The translations under genes were made by a program, and so were the position numbers. The notes beneath the pieces were generated by a model that worked only from the letters and a program-made list of their open reading frames with translations, had not been told where the DNA came from and ran no database searches. DNA of 64,000 nucleotides from Acidobacteriota bacterium (GTDB lineage: Bacteria > Acidobacteriota > UBA4820 > DSQY01). The stretch spans positions 11,879 through 75,878 of the forward strand of contig JBBILR010000001.1 in NCBI GenBank assembly GCA_037444825.1, written 5' to 3'. This document shows positions 17,781 through 27,610 of the stretch, in pieces; position 1 is the first letter of the stretch; each line of letters starts with the position of its first letter.

Positions 17781-20700
17781 TCAGGAGCAGCCGAGGCTGT
17801 TGCCGCAGTTGAGGCACTTGTAGCAGGAGCCGTTCCGCACGGTGATGTGGCCGCAGATGTTGCAGAAGGGGGCGTCGCCCATGAGGCCCGCCAGGTGGGA
17901 GGAGAGGGAGCCGGAGGCGGCCTTGTACACCGGCACGGCGGTGGCGGGGCCCTTCAGCGTCTTTTCGGCGGCCTCCACCTCGCGGGTGCTGGCGGTGGGG
18001 GAGGTGAGGGTCTTCTCCGCCTCCGCCTTTTCCACTTCCTCGGGTTTCACCTGGACGAAGTCGGTCCGGCCCAGGTACTCCATCCCCAGGACCCGGAAGA
18101 TGTAGTCGATGACCGACGTCGCATACTTGATGTTGGGGTGGTCGGTCACCGGGCCCTGGGGCTCGAAGCGGGTGAAGGTGAAGCAGTCCACGTACTCGTC
18201 CAGGGGGACGCCGTACTGGAGGCCCAGGGAGACGGCGATGGCGAAGCAGTTCATGAGGGAGCGGAAGGCGGCCCCCTCCTTGTGCATGTCGATGAAGATC
18301 TCCCCCAGGCGGCCGTCCTCGTACTCGCCGGTCCTCAGGTAGACCTTCTGGCCGCCGACGCGGGCCTCCTGGGTGAAGCCCGACCGCTTCTTGGGGAGGC
18401 GCCTCCTCCTCAGGGGGGTGGGCTGGGCGTCGGGGAGCGCGGCGGGGGCCTTTTCGGGGGCGGCGCTCTTTTGGGTGGAGGCGTCGGAGAGGGGCTGGGT
18501 GACCTTGGAGCCGTCGCGGTACACCGCCAGGGCCTTCAGCCCCCGCTTCCACGCCTCCACGTAGATCCGCTCGATCTCCTCCGGCGTGATGGAGGAGGGA
18601 AGGTTCACCGTCTTGCTGATGGCGCCGGAAAGGAAGGGCTGGGCGGCAGCCATCATCTTCACGTGGCCCAGGGGGGCGATGAACCTCCGGCCGCGCTTTC
18701 CGCACCGGTTGGCGCAGTCGAAGACCGGCAGGTGCTCCTCTTTCAGATAGGGGGCCCCCTCGATGGTCATGTGGCCGCAGGCCACCAGGGAGGCCTCCTC
18801 GATCTGGGCGGGGGTGAAGCCCAAGGCGGAGAGGAGGTTGAAGCCGGGCTTCGCCGCCTCTTCCAGGGAGAGGCCCAGGCGCGTGAAGAGCTCCTCGCCC
18901 AGGACGTGGAGGCTGAAGGCCTGGGGCAGGTCCATGACCCGGGGGATCTGGCTCTCCGCCCGGGCCACCTCCTCCTCGGTGAGGCCCTTGGCGAGGAGGG
19001 CGGCGGGGTTCACGTGGGGGGTTCCCTCCAGCTTGCCGGTGCCGAGGATGTACGTGAGGATCTCCTGGATCTGGGCCGGGGGGTACCCGAGGTTCTCCAG
19101 CGCCCGCTCCACCGACTGGTTGACGATCTTGAAGTAGCCGCCCCCTGCCAGCTTCTTGAACTTCACCAGGGAGAAGTCCGGCTCGATGCCGGTGGTGTCG
19201 CAGTCCATGAGAAGGCCGATGGTCCCCGTGGGCGCGAGGACGGTGGTCTGGGCGTTCCGGAAGCCGTACTGGCGTCCGAAGACTAGGGCGTCGTCCCAGG
19301 CCTGGCGGCTGGCCAGGGCCAGGTACTCGGGCAGGAGGGAGGCCTCCAGGCGGAGGCTGGCGTCCCTGTGGAGGTTGATGACCTCCAGCATGGACTCCCG
19401 GTTGGGGAAGTACCCCGGGAAGGGCCCCTTCCGGCGGGCCAGCAGGGCGGAGACGGTGTAGGCGTGGCCCGTCATGAGGCTCGTCAGCGCCCCGCACCAG
19501 GCGAAGGCCCTGGGGCTGTCGTAGGGGATCCCCTGGACCATGAGGAGGGTGCCGAGGTTGGCGTAGCCCAGCCCCAGGGGCCGGAAGTTGTGGCTGTTGC
19601 GGGCGATGGGCTCGGTGGGGTAGGAGGAGAGGTCCACCAGGATCTCCTGGGCCACGATGAAGATGCCCACGGCGTGGCGGAAGCCCTCCACGTCGAAGGT
19701 GCCGTCCTCCCGGAGGAACTTCATGAGGTTGAGGCTGGCGAGGTTGCAGGCGGAGTCGTCGAGGAACATGTACTCCGAGCAGGGGTTGCTGGCGTTGATG
19801 CGGTCGGTGGCCTTGCAGGTGTGCCACTTGTTGATGGTGGAATCGAACTGGAGGCCGGGGTCCCCGCACTCCCAGGCCGCCTCGGCGATCTGGCGCATGA
19901 TGGCCCGGGCCTTCAGGGTGTGGGCCTTCTGCCCGGTGGTGCGGTAGACGGTGGTCCACTCCCCGTCACGCTCGTAGGCCTCCATGAAGGCGTCGGTGAC
20001 GCGCACGGAGTTGTTGGCGTTCTGCCCCGCCACCGTGTGGACGGCCTCGTCCACGTCCACCCCCATCTGGGCCAGCTTCCGGGCCTTGGCCTCCTCCCTC
20101 CGCTTCCAGTTGATGAAGTCCAGGATCTCCGGATGGTCGACGTCCAGGATCACCATCTTGGCGGCCCGCCGGGTGGTCCCCCCGGACTTGGTGGCGCCGG
20201 CCGCCCGGTCCAGCACTTCCAGGAAGGACATGAGGCCCGAGGAGGTTCCCCCGCCGGAGAGCTTCTCCTCCCGCGAGCGGAGGCGGGAGAAGTTGGAGCC
20301 GGTGCCCGAACCGTACTTGAAGAGGCGGGCCTCGTTCTTGGCCAGCTGGAAGATGCTCATGAGGTCGTCGTCCACGCTCTGGATGAAGCAGGCCGAGCAC
20401 TGGGGGTGCTGGTAGGCGTTGGCCGTCTCCTCGATCCGGTCGGTCTGGGGGTTCCAGAAGTAGGCCCCGCCGGAGCCCTCGATGCCGTACTCGTGCCAGA
20501 GGCCCAGGTTGAACCAGACGGGGGAGTTGAAGGCCCCCTTCTGCGTCACGAGAAGGTGGGAGAGCTCGGCCTCGAAGGCCTCGGCCTCCTCCGGGGTCTC
20601 GAAGTAGCCGCCCAGGCGCTCCCCCTCCACCCGGAGGGTGTGGGCGATGCGCCGCACCACCTGCCGGATGGAGGTTTCGTGGCCGGTCCCCGGCACGCCG

Positions 20701-21020
20701 GCCTTCCGGAAGTACTTGCTGATGAGGATGTCGGAGGCGAGCTGGGACCACTCCTCCGGCACCTCGGCGTTCTCCAGGGCGAAGACCACCGAGCCGTCCA
20801 CGTTCAGGATGCGGCAGGACCGCCGGGCGTACCGGATCTCGTCCAAGGGGTCCACCCCGGCCCTGGTGAAGTGCCGTTCCAGACGGAAGGGGTGGAGGGC
20901 TTCGGGGGTGAGTTCCGGCGCGGCCGTTCCCGGGGGCGGGCCCGCGGGGAGGGATTCGGGGGCGGGGTTCTTGCCTTTGGCGGTTCCGGCGGGCGGGGCG
21001 GCGTTCTTGGTGGGTTCCAT
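17781..21020 (-). CDS. nrdJ: class II (adenosylcobalamin-dependent) ribonucleoside-diphosphate reductase
   Basis: 1079 aa with class II RNR motifs, and a C-terminal [26 protein letters not shown] zinc ribbon. Confidence 0.9.
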   Translation of the reverse strand: MEPTKNAAPPAGTAKGKNPAPESLPAGPPPGTAAPELTPEALHPFRLERHFTRAGVDPLDEIRYARRSCRILNVDGSVVFALENAEVPEEWSQLASDILISKYFRKAGVPGTGHETSIRQVVRRIAHTLRVEGERLGGYFETPEEAEAFEAELSHLLVTQKGAFNSPVWFNLGLWHEYGIEGSGGAYFWNPQTDRIEETANAYQHPQCSACFIQSVDDDLMSIFQLAKNEARLFKYGSGTGSNFSRLRSREEKLSGGGTSSGLMSFLEVLDRAAGATKSGGTTRRAAKMVILDVDHPEILDFINWKRREEAKARKLAQMGVDVDEAVHTVAGQNANNSVRVTDAFMEAYERDGEWTTVYRTTGQKAHTLKARAIMRQIAEAAWECGDPGLQFDSTINKWHTCKATDRINASNPCSEYMFLDDSACNLASLNLMKFLREDGTFDVEGFRHAVGIFIVAQEILVDLSSYPTEPIARNSHNFRPLGLGYANLGTLLMVQGIPYDSPRAFAWCGALTSLMTGHAYTVSALLARRKGPFPGYFPNRESMLEVINLHRDASLRLEASLLPEYLALASRQAWDDALVFGRQYGFRNAQTTVLAPTGTIGLLMDCDTTGIEPDFSLVKFKKLAGGGYFKIVNQSVERALENLGYPPAQIQEILTYILGTGKLEGTPHVNPAALLAKGLTEEEVARAESQIPRVMDLPQAFSLHVLGEELFTRLGLSLEEAAKPGFNLLSALGFTPAQIEEASLVACGHMTIEGAPYLKEEHLPVFDCANRCGKRGRRFIAPLGHVKMMAAAQPFLSGAISKTVNLPSSITPEEIERIYVEAWKRGLKALAVYRDGSKVTQPLSDASTQKSAAPEKAPAALPDAQPTPLRRRRLPKKRSGFTQEARVGGQKVYLRTGEYEDGRLGEIFIDMHKEGAAFRSLMNCFAIAVSLGLQYGVPLDEYVDCFTFTRFEPQGPVTDHPNIKYATSVIDYIFRVLGMEYLGRTDFVQVKPEEVEKAEAEKTLTSPTASTREVEAAEKTLKGPATAVPVYKAASGSLSSHLAGLMGDAPFCNICGHITVRNGSCYKCLNCGNSLGCS

Positions 21021-21118
21021 CGCTCAGGTCTCCTACGGAAGAGGGGGGTCGGCCCTAACGTCCCGGTTTGCAAGGGGTTGCGTCGCCGCTGTACCCCAAT
21101 ATCTTCTAGCGCGGCCTA

Positions 21119-21147
21119 AATATAACACCACATCTTGTGGGTGTCAA
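21119..21147 (-). promoter_or_regulatory. near-consensus sigma70 promoter (TTGACA-17-TATATT on minus strand) for nrdJ with an imperfect NrdR-box-like palindrome ACACCCACAAGATGTGGTGT occupying the spacer
   Basis: On the plus strand, AATATA is at 21119-21124 and TGTCAA at 21142-21147. The palindromic spacer is at 21125-21141, about 90 nt upstream of the nrdJ ATG. Confidence 0.5.
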
Positions 21148-21261
21148 GGGGATGAGGGGGCCGAAAAGACCTTGCCCCGGGGCCTTCGGAGGGGCGGCGG
21201 GCGGAAGGGCTTGATAAACCGAGAGAAAGCCCTTTCCCATCTGTGGAAAAGCCTTCCCGCC

Positions 21262-24135
21262 CTAGGACCCGGCTTCGGTGAGGTAGCCGACGGCGGCGTC
21301 CTGCTCCCCGTCCATGACCACCTCCAGCCGAAGGCCCGGCGCCGCCTGGTCCAGGTCCACGACCTTGAGGACCTCCTCCAGGTAGGCGTACTCCGGCAGC
21401 AGGGCGCTCAGGGCGTTGGGGCTCTTCGAGAAGAACTCCTCCCGGAAAACCACCCCCTCGTCGTCCGGGTAGAGGGCGAGGTACCGGATCCGCGATTCCA
21501 CCAGGTCTTGGAAGAAGTGGGTGCCGAAGGAAAGGTCGGGGACGTAGTCCCCCTTGCGGCGGGCCACCTCCACCAGCATGGCGGTGTGGCTGATGTCCGA
21601 GTAGGTGACGCGAACCCCCAGGAGGATGTCCCCCCGGCTGCCCCAGCGGCCCGGCCCGATGAGCACGAAAGAGCGTGGAGGCAGGAGGGCGTTGAGCCGC
21701 CCCACCGCCTCCCCCACGGCCAGCATGTCCGTCTCGGAGGAGAGCCGGGCGTAGGCCGGCCCGTCCACGTACACGACGTAGCGAAGGTCCCGGATCTGCG
21801 CGGTGGTGACGTACTTCTTCGCCGTGAAGAGGACCCGTTCCGGCGGCAGGGACTCGGGGAGGGGGACCCGGACCTCGCTCCCGGCGCTGCTCTGCGGGCG
21901 GCACTGCAGCATGTACAGGTCCTTCCCGTCGTGGGCGAACTCCACGTCCACCGGCGTCCCCATGGCCTTCTGCAGGACCTCCAGGACCCGGCGCATCTGC
22001 TGGAGAAAGGGGGTCCCCTCGAAGAGCCCGGCGAAGGTGATCACGTACTCCGAGGGGGTGAGGGCGAGAAACCGCCCCGCGGGCCTCCGCAGCATTCCGT
22101 CGGAATGGACCGAGACCACCAGCTCCAGCAGGGGGAACTCCTCCCCGGCCTCCTGGAGGAGGGCCTCGAAGGGGACCGACTCGAAGCGGCCCGTCTCCAT
22201 GTTGATGGCGTCCACGAAGCGCTGGGCGTACCGGATGGCCTGCTTCACGTCGGCGTTGACCCTCAGGCCCGGCTGGCCCGGGCTCACCAGCGTCGGGTAG
22301 TCGTCGCCCACCCGGTCCACCGCCCGGGTGCCCAGCCCCGCCACGATGCGGATCACCCCGTCCTCCCGCCGGAGCCGCGGCGACCACCGGAACTCGTTGT
22401 GGCTGAAGGCCACCCCGGCGAAGGCCGGGAGGAAGTAGCGCCCCACCCGTGTCCCCACCACCCGCTGGATGAGGACCCCCATCTCCTCCATGAAATCCAA
22501 AAGGCCCCTCTCCCGCCGGTATTGGATGGGGTCCGGGCCCAGGATGGAGGCGTAGACCTCGGCGATGGCGTCTTCCAGGGCGCCGAGGCGCTCCTCCTCG
22601 GAGCCCTGGTTGGCCAGGAAGAGGCTCCGGTACTTTCCCGAGAAGGCCGTGCCCTCGCTGTCCTCCAGGAGGCTGGACGAGCGGACGATGAGCGGCCCCT
22701 CCCCCAGGTCCTGGAGGGCCACCCGGAGCTGCCGTGAAAGGTCCGGCGGGAAGAAGGAGTGTTTGAAGACCTGCTCCAGGTAGGGGTAGCTCCGGCGCAC
22801 CTCCTGGGGGGGGCTGTACTTGAAGGACTGGGTGTCCTCCAGGGAGTTGTACTTCACGAAGTCGAAGAGGCCGTCGGAGGCGAGGAACCAGGCCTTGGGG
22901 ACGCGGATCCCCTCCAGCAGGGGGTCCCCCTTCCCCTCGGCTCTCAGGATCTGCTCGGCCAGGAGCAACCCCGAGGCCTTCCCGCCCAGCTTGCCCGCGC
23001 ACTTGGGGGGACCCACCACCCGCCTCAGGAGGGCGGCGAAGACGGGGATGTCCATGTACTTTTTGGCGACGGCGATGAAGGGCAGGCGGTCGGTGAGGAA
23101 GCGGCGGGTGAGGGCCACCCGGAGGTTCAGGGCGTCGGAGGGGGAGAGGGCCTCGTCCCCCTGGCGGGAGGCGCGGTCGATCCTCTCCACGATGTCGGCG
23201 ATGTCGGAGAGGGTGAGGTCCCGCTGCTCGGTGGCCAGCGCCAGGAACCCCACCCGGTCCTGCCGGATCCACTTCTTCACCAGGGCGGTGATCTCGTCGT
23301 GGGGCAGGATGACCGGGGCCACGGCCAACAGGTCCTCGAAGACCCCCTCGAAGGCCGAGACGTCCCGCTTGCGCAGGGGCTGGTTGGAGCCCCGGGACTC
23401 CCGCTCCCGCTCGGCGGCGCTGCCTGGGTCGAAGCGCTCGATGAGGCGGTGGATTCCCGGCGCCCCCAGGTTGGACAGGTGGTTCATGAACTTCCTTAGG
23501 AGCCGCTTCCAGAGGTTGACGTCGGTCTCCCTCAAAAGGTCCAGGATGACCTGCCACTCCGGGCGGGCGGCCTGCCCCGCACCGGGGCCGCCGGGCGGCG
23601 CCTCGGCCATGCGGGCCACCTTCAGGGCCGCCACCCGAAGGAGCTGTTTTTCCTCCAGGAGGAAGGGCCGGTCCTTCCGGAGGGTCTCCGGCAGGGAGAG
23701 GTAGGCCGCCTCCAGGGAGCCGTACCCCCCGGAGGAGAGGGGGATGGGCTCCCGCAGGTTCCACGGCGTCTCCTGGAAGTCCGGCGGGGCGAAGACCTCC
23801 CGCCCCAGGGTCAGCCGGACGCGGAGCCGCTCCGGAAACCGAAAGCCCGAGGGGAGCAGGTCCACCACCGCCCTGGCGGCGGCCCGAGGATCCTGCGGGG
23901 GCTCGTCGGTCACCGCCGAGAGCCGGCTGAGGCACAGAAGCTCCTTGCTTCCCGCCACCGCCTCGGGAAGCGCCTTCCGATCGTCCCTGTCCGCTCTGGC
24001 CAACGTATTCCTCCTCCATCCATCATGCCACGGCCCGGTGGCGGAAGGAAAAGCCCCCCTTGCCCCGGCCGCGGCGGGGGTTCCGCCGGCGGGAGGGGTG
24101 AGGTAGGATGCCTTCAGAAGCGAAAGCGGCGTCAT
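21262..24135 (-). CDS. large multidomain protein with central PEP/pyruvate-binding (PPDK_N-type ATP-grasp) domain; function unknown; start uncertain
   Basis: KCAGKLGGKASGLLLAEQ plus a downstream ATP-grasp-like region matches the PEP synthase / PPDK N-terminal domain family. About 450 aa N-terminal and about 250 aa C-terminal have no recognisable signature. The first in-frame ATG (24135) faces the divergent gene's start at 24154, so the true start may be a GTG/TTG further downstream. Confidence 0.6.
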   Translation of the reverse strand: MTPLSLLKASYLTPPAGGTPAAAGARGAFPSATGPWHDGWRRNTLARADRDDRKALPEAVAGSKELLCLSRLSAVTDEPPQDPRAAARAVVDLLPSGFRFPERLRVRLTLGREVFAPPDFQETPWNLREPIPLSSGGYGSLEAAYLSLPETLRKDRPFLLEEKQLLRVAALKVARMAEAPPGGPGAGQAARPEWQVILDLLRETDVNLWKRLLRKFMNHLSNLGAPGIHRLIERFDPGSAAERERESRGSNQPLRKRDVSAFEGVFEDLLAVAPVILPHDEITALVKKWIRQDRVGFLALATEQRDLTLSDIADIVERIDRASRQGDEALSPSDALNLRVALTRRFLTDRLPFIAVAKKYMDIPVFAALLRRVVGPPKCAGKLGGKASGLLLAEQILRAEGKGDPLLEGIRVPKAWFLASDGLFDFVKYNSLEDTQSFKYSPPQEVRRSYPYLEQVFKHSFFPPDLSRQLRVALQDLGEGPLIVRSSSLLEDSEGTAFSGKYRSLFLANQGSEEERLGALEDAIAEVYASILGPDPIQYRRERGLLDFMEEMGVLIQRVVGTRVGRYFLPAFAGVAFSHNEFRWSPRLRREDGVIRIVAGLGTRAVDRVGDDYPTLVSPGQPGLRVNADVKQAIRYAQRFVDAINMETGRFESVPFEALLQEAGEEFPLLELVVSVHSDGMLRRPAGRFLALTPSEYVITFAGLFEGTPFLQQMRRVLEVLQKAMGTPVDVEFAHDGKDLYMLQCRPQSSAGSEVRVPLPESLPPERVLFTAKKYVTTAQIRDLRYVVYVDGPAYARLSSETDMLAVGEAVGRLNALLPPRSFVLIGPGRWGSRGDILLGVRVTYSDISHTAMLVEVARRKGDYVPDLSFGTHFFQDLVESRIRYLALYPDDEGVVFREEFFSKSPNALSALLPEYAYLEEVLKVVDLDQAAPGLRLEVVMDGEQDAAVGYLTEAGS

Positions 24136-24153
24136 CCTGCCGGGGAGGTTCCC

Positions 24154-24777
24154 ATGGGGGCGGTGGAGCCGGAAGGGGAAAGCCGGGGGTTCTGGGGAAA
24201 GGTCTGGGAAAGGTTTTGGTGGGTCTTCGCCCTCGCTCTCGTCGGCGGCGTGGCGGGGGTGTACAAGCTTTTCGGCGGCGTGGCGCTCCTGAAGCTCTGG
24301 GCCTCCCTCTTCGCCGGCCTGGGCGCGGCGGTCATGGTCTACGGCGGGCGGGCTTGGAGGCTCGCCTCCCGAAGCCCGGAGTGGTTCCCGGCGCAGGCGC
24401 GGGTGCTCCGTTCCGAGGTGAGGACCGAAAGGAACTCCTCCTTCAGCCGCGACGGGATCAACCCCAGCTACCAGACCGTCTCCCACTACCCGGAGGTGGA
24501 GTACGAGTACGAGGTGGAGGGAGAGAAGAGAAGGTCCGATAGGGTCCTCCTCGTGCGGGTGAACTACTCCGCCGAGGAGGCGGCCGCCACGGTGGCGAAG
24601 TATCCCACAGGAGCCGCCGTTACCGCCTGGTACGACCCCCGGGATCCCGACCGGGTGGTCTTGGAGCCGGGTCTTCGGGGGGCGAGGTCCAAGTACGCCA
24701 TCCCGCTGCTCGTCGGCCTCGTTTTCATGCTCTTTGGCATTTCCACGTGGGTGGTGCTGGCGTTGCTGGGGCGTTGA
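24154..24777 (+). CDS. DUF3592-family membrane protein
   Basis: MGAVEPEGESRGFWGKVWERFWWVFALALVGG...RVNYSAEEAAATVAKYPTGAAVTAWYDPRDPDRVVLEP...LLVGLVFMLFGISTWVV has two TM segments flanking a DUF3592-like soluble domain. GGGAGG lies 6 nt upstream. Confidence 0.6.
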   Translation: MGAVEPEGESRGFWGKVWERFWWVFALALVGGVAGVYKLFGGVALLKLWASLFAGLGAAVMVYGGRAWRLASRSPEWFPAQARVLRSEVRTERNSSFSRDGINPSYQTVSHYPEVEYEYEVEGEKRRSDRVLLVRVNYSAEEAAATVAKYPTGAAVTAWYDPRDPDRVVLEPGLRGARSKYAIPLLVGLVFMLFGISTWVVLALLGR

Positions 24778-24793
24778 GGCCCCGGGCGGCCCG

Positions 24794-26314
24794 TCACCGA
24801 GCCCCCGTTTTTTCCTCGGCGAAAACCTCCGCCTGGAAGGTGGAGAGCCGCGCCCCCCGCTTCCAGCACTCCGCCTCCAATCCGGCCTTTTCGCAGAGGC
24901 GGCCGAGCAGCTCCTCCCGGTTCCACCCCTGCTCGGGGGCCACCTGGGGGAGAAAGACCGCGCTTCGCGCCCCCTTTTCGAGGAGCACGCCGTCGCGGCC
25001 CACCACCACCGCCCCCGGTCCCGAAACGGGCGCGAAGGGGGTGAGGGCGGAAATCTCGATCTCCAAGGACGAAAGTTCCCAGCTCTTCACCGGGGGAAAG
25101 CGGGGGTCGTGGAGGGCCGCCTGAACGGCCATGCGGGCCACGGTGAGGGCGAGGGGGGTGTCGGGGACCATCCGGCCGATGCATCCGCGAAGTTCCCCCT
25201 TTTCCTTGAGGGTGACGAAGGCGCCCCGGGGGGCGCGCAGGGCGGGGGAGTCCGGCCGCGGCAGGGGGACCGTGTCCGTGAGAAAAAGCCGCTCCAGCAC
25301 CCGGCGGGCCAGGGCGAGGAGGGCCCTACGCTCGGCGGCGGAGAGGGGGGGCGCCTGCTCCGGGGGGGCGGGGCGGGAGAGGGCCGAAAGGTCGGGCGGC
25401 CCCTCCTCGGCGGTGAAGACGACGGCGCCGTACCCCACCACCCGGTCCTCCTCTCCGAAGACCGTGTCCCCGGAGTTGGCGTAGGACACCACCACTCCCC
25501 TCCGGGCCCCCAGGGCCCTCAGGGCGCTGAGCAGGACCAGGAGGGGGCCCCGCCCGCAGGCGCAGGTGGCGAGTGACGGCCTTCCCCGCCGCTCCTCCCG
25601 CTCGGTGACCGTCCGGAAGAGGACGGGGTCCAGGGCCGCCGCGGCCTCCAGCGTCTTCCGGTCGGTCTCCACCGCCTCGCCGTACGGCGGGTAGTGGGAG
25701 AGGTCCGACGAGGCCACGAGCAGCGCCTTCCGGCCGCGCAGCTTCTCCGCCAAAACCTCGCCGAGGCGGCGGCAGAGGGCGCCGTCGTCGGTCCCCACGA
25801 CGGCGGTGAGAACCCTTGCCCCCGGGAAAAGGACCTGGACGAAGGGGAGGGGGACCTCCTCCGAATGCTCCCGGCGGTGGGCCTCGGGGCGGTAGGCGAA
25901 GGCGGGGTCGGCCGACCGAAGGGCCCGGGCCAGCCCTTCGTCGGCCGGGATCGTCCCCAGCGGGGTGCGGTAGGCCCGTCCCCCGAAGACCGAGGCTCCC
26001 GGAAAGGGGTCCACGGTGTGGTTCGTGGCCAGGATCACCACCGTGTCGTACTCCTGGCCCTGGGCCTGGCGAAAGGCGTCGGCCAGGATCTGGCCGGAAA
26101 AGACGTACCCGGCGTGGGGAACCAGGAGGCCCAGGGGCCTCGGGCCGCGCGGGGGACGGGCCTCCTCCAGAAAGGCCCGGACGGCCTTTTCGAGGCGGAC
26201 GCCGTCTTCAGGGTAGAACGAGCCGGCCGCGGCGGCCTCGCGCACGGCTTCCTCCCCCGCCGGGACCAGGAGGCAGGGCACGAGAAGGGCCGCCCACCAG
26301 GCCGCGCCCCTCAT
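24794..26314 (-). CDS. AmmeMemoRadiSam system fusion protein: Memo-like (protein B) N-terminal domain plus AMMECR1 (protein A) C-terminal domain, with N-terminal Sec-type signal peptide
   Basis: MRGAAWWAALLVPCLLVPAGEEA looks like a signal peptide. Then GSFYPEDGVRLEKAVRAFLEE...LLVPHAGYVFSGQILADAF is Memo. The C-terminal half ERRALLALARRVLER...GAFVTLKEKGELRGCIGRM is AMMECR1. The ATG overlaps the amrS stop (ATGA at 26311-26314). Confidence 0.8.
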   Translation of the reverse strand: MRGAAWWAALLVPCLLVPAGEEAVREAAAAGSFYPEDGVRLEKAVRAFLEEARPPRGPRPLGLLVPHAGYVFSGQILADAFRQAQGQEYDTVVILATNHTVDPFPGASVFGGRAYRTPLGTIPADEGLARALRSADPAFAYRPEAHRREHSEEVPLPFVQVLFPGARVLTAVVGTDDGALCRRLGEVLAEKLRGRKALLVASSDLSHYPPYGEAVETDRKTLEAAAALDPVLFRTVTEREERRGRPSLATCACGRGPLLVLLSALRALGARRGVVVSYANSGDTVFGEEDRVVGYGAVVFTAEEGPPDLSALSRPAPPEQAPPLSAAERRALLALARRVLERLFLTDTVPLPRPDSPALRAPRGAFVTLKEKGELRGCIGRMVPDTPLALTVARMAVQAALHDPRFPPVKSWELSSLEIEISALTPFAPVSGPGAVVVGRDGVLLEKGARSAVFLPQVAPEQGWNREELLGRLCEKAGLEAECWKRGARLSTFQAEVFAEEKTGAR

Positions 26315-27519
26315 TGCCAGACCCCCCGCACCGGTTTCCCGCAAAAGGCGCAGGCGCCGTCCTGGAGGTGGTTGGCGGTGACGAAGAAGCCCTGGCGTTC
26401 GATCACCGCCTTGCCGCAGGAGGGGCAGTAGGTGTGGTTCCCCGGGTGGCCCGGGACGTTGCCCACGTACGGGTACCTCAGGCCGTGCCTCAAGGCGGTC
26501 TCCCGGGCCCTTTCCAGCGTGGCCACCGGCGTGGGGGGAAGGTGGAGGAGCTGGAAGTCCGGGTGGAAGCGGGTGAAGTGGAGGGGGACGTCGGGTCCCA
26601 CCTCCCCCGCCACCCACCGGCAGAGCTCGTCCAGGAGGGCGGGATCGTCGTTCAGCGTGGGGACCACGAGGTTCACGATCTCCAGGTGCCGCCCGCCCCG
26701 GGCCACCGCGCGGATGGTCCTCAAGACCGGCTCCAGCTCCGCCCGGGAGACCTTTCGGTAGAACTCCGGCGAGAAGCCCTTGAGGTCCACCTTGATGGCG
26801 CCGAGGACCTCGATCATCTCCCGCAGGGGGGCCTCCTGCATGAAACCGCAGGAAACGAGGACAGCCCGGAGGCCCCTTTTCCGGGCCTCCCGCGCCGCGT
26901 CCAGAAGGTACTCGGCGAAGACCGTGGGCTCGTTGTAGGTGAAGGCGATGACGGGGGTCCCCACCTGCCGGGCCCTCTCCGCCAGGGCGGCGGGGGGGAG
27001 GTAGTCGGCCGGGAGGTCCTCCGGGGAGGCCTGGGAGATCTCCCAGTTCTGGCAGAAGCGGCAGGCGAGGGGACAGCCGGCCGTGCCGAGGGAGAAGGCC
27101 TGGGAGCCCGGAAGGAAATGGTAGAAGGGCTTCTTCTCGATGGGGTCCACGTGCAGGGCCACGGGGCGGCCGTAGACGAGGCTCCGAAGCTCGCCGCGCA
27201 CGTTGGCGCGGGCGCGGCACCGGCCCCGGCTCCCCTCCTCGATGACGCAGGCGTGGGCGCAGAGAAGGCACTTCACCGGCCGCTTCCGGTGGCCCTTTTC
27301 GGGCTTTCCGGCGGGGGCCTTCTCGTGGCAGGCGGAGCAGGAAAGGGAGGGGGAGCCCTCGGGGAGCCAGAAACGGGCGGGGGGGGCGGTCTTCAGCAGT
27401 TCCGCCAGGTAGGCCCCCTCCGCCGCCGCCCGGAGCGGTTTCGGAAGAAGGACGGCGCCCGTCCCCCAGAGCCCCAGCCGCGCGAGGAAATCCCGCCGGG
27501 GAAGGTGCTCACCGCCCAT
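26311..27519 (-). CDS. AmmeMemoRadiSam system radical SAM enzyme with about 47-aa N-terminal twin-arginine (Tat) signal-like extension
   Basis: MGGEHLPRRDFLARLGLWGTGAVLLPKPLRAAAEG is RRxFLx plus an h-region plus AxA. The AmrS core follows: VKCLLCAHACVIEEGSRGRCRARANVRGEL, radical SAM CPLACRFCQNWE, and C-terminal CPSCGKAV...CAFCGKP. CTGGAGGG RBS lies 6 nt upstream of the ATG at 27519. Confidence 0.8.
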   Translation of the reverse strand: MGGEHLPRRDFLARLGLWGTGAVLLPKPLRAAAEGAYLAELLKTAPPARFWLPEGSPSLSCSACHEKAPAGKPEKGHRKRPVKCLLCAHACVIEEGSRGRCRARANVRGELRSLVYGRPVALHVDPIEKKPFYHFLPGSQAFSLGTAGCPLACRFCQNWEISQASPEDLPADYLPPAALAERARQVGTPVIAFTYNEPTVFAEYLLDAAREARKRGLRAVLVSCGFMQEAPLREMIEVLGAIKVDLKGFSPEFYRKVSRAELEPVLRTIRAVARGGRHLEIVNLVVPTLNDDPALLDELCRWVAGEVGPDVPLHFTRFHPDFQLLHLPPTPVATLERARETALRHGLRYPYVGNVPGHPGNHTYCPSCGKAVIERQGFFVTANHLQDGACAFCGKPVRGVWQ

Positions 27520-27610
27520 GGATGCCCTCCAGGGAAACGGTAGGTTCGGGAAGGCACGAAGTCAAAGGCCCTCCCGCCCCCGCGGCGCGGCCTCGGAAAG
27601 CCCGCGCCGC

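Noticed and set aside
17145-19959. 713-aa plus and 753-aa minus ORFs overlapping nrdJ
   Set aside because: They are alternative frames of a strongly conserved class II RNR gene and are compositionally biased.
21116-24019. 967-aa minus ORF in another frame of the PEP-binding-domain gene
   Set aside because: It is extremely Gly/Arg/Pro-rich with no motifs. The 21262..24486 frame carries the PPDK_N signature.
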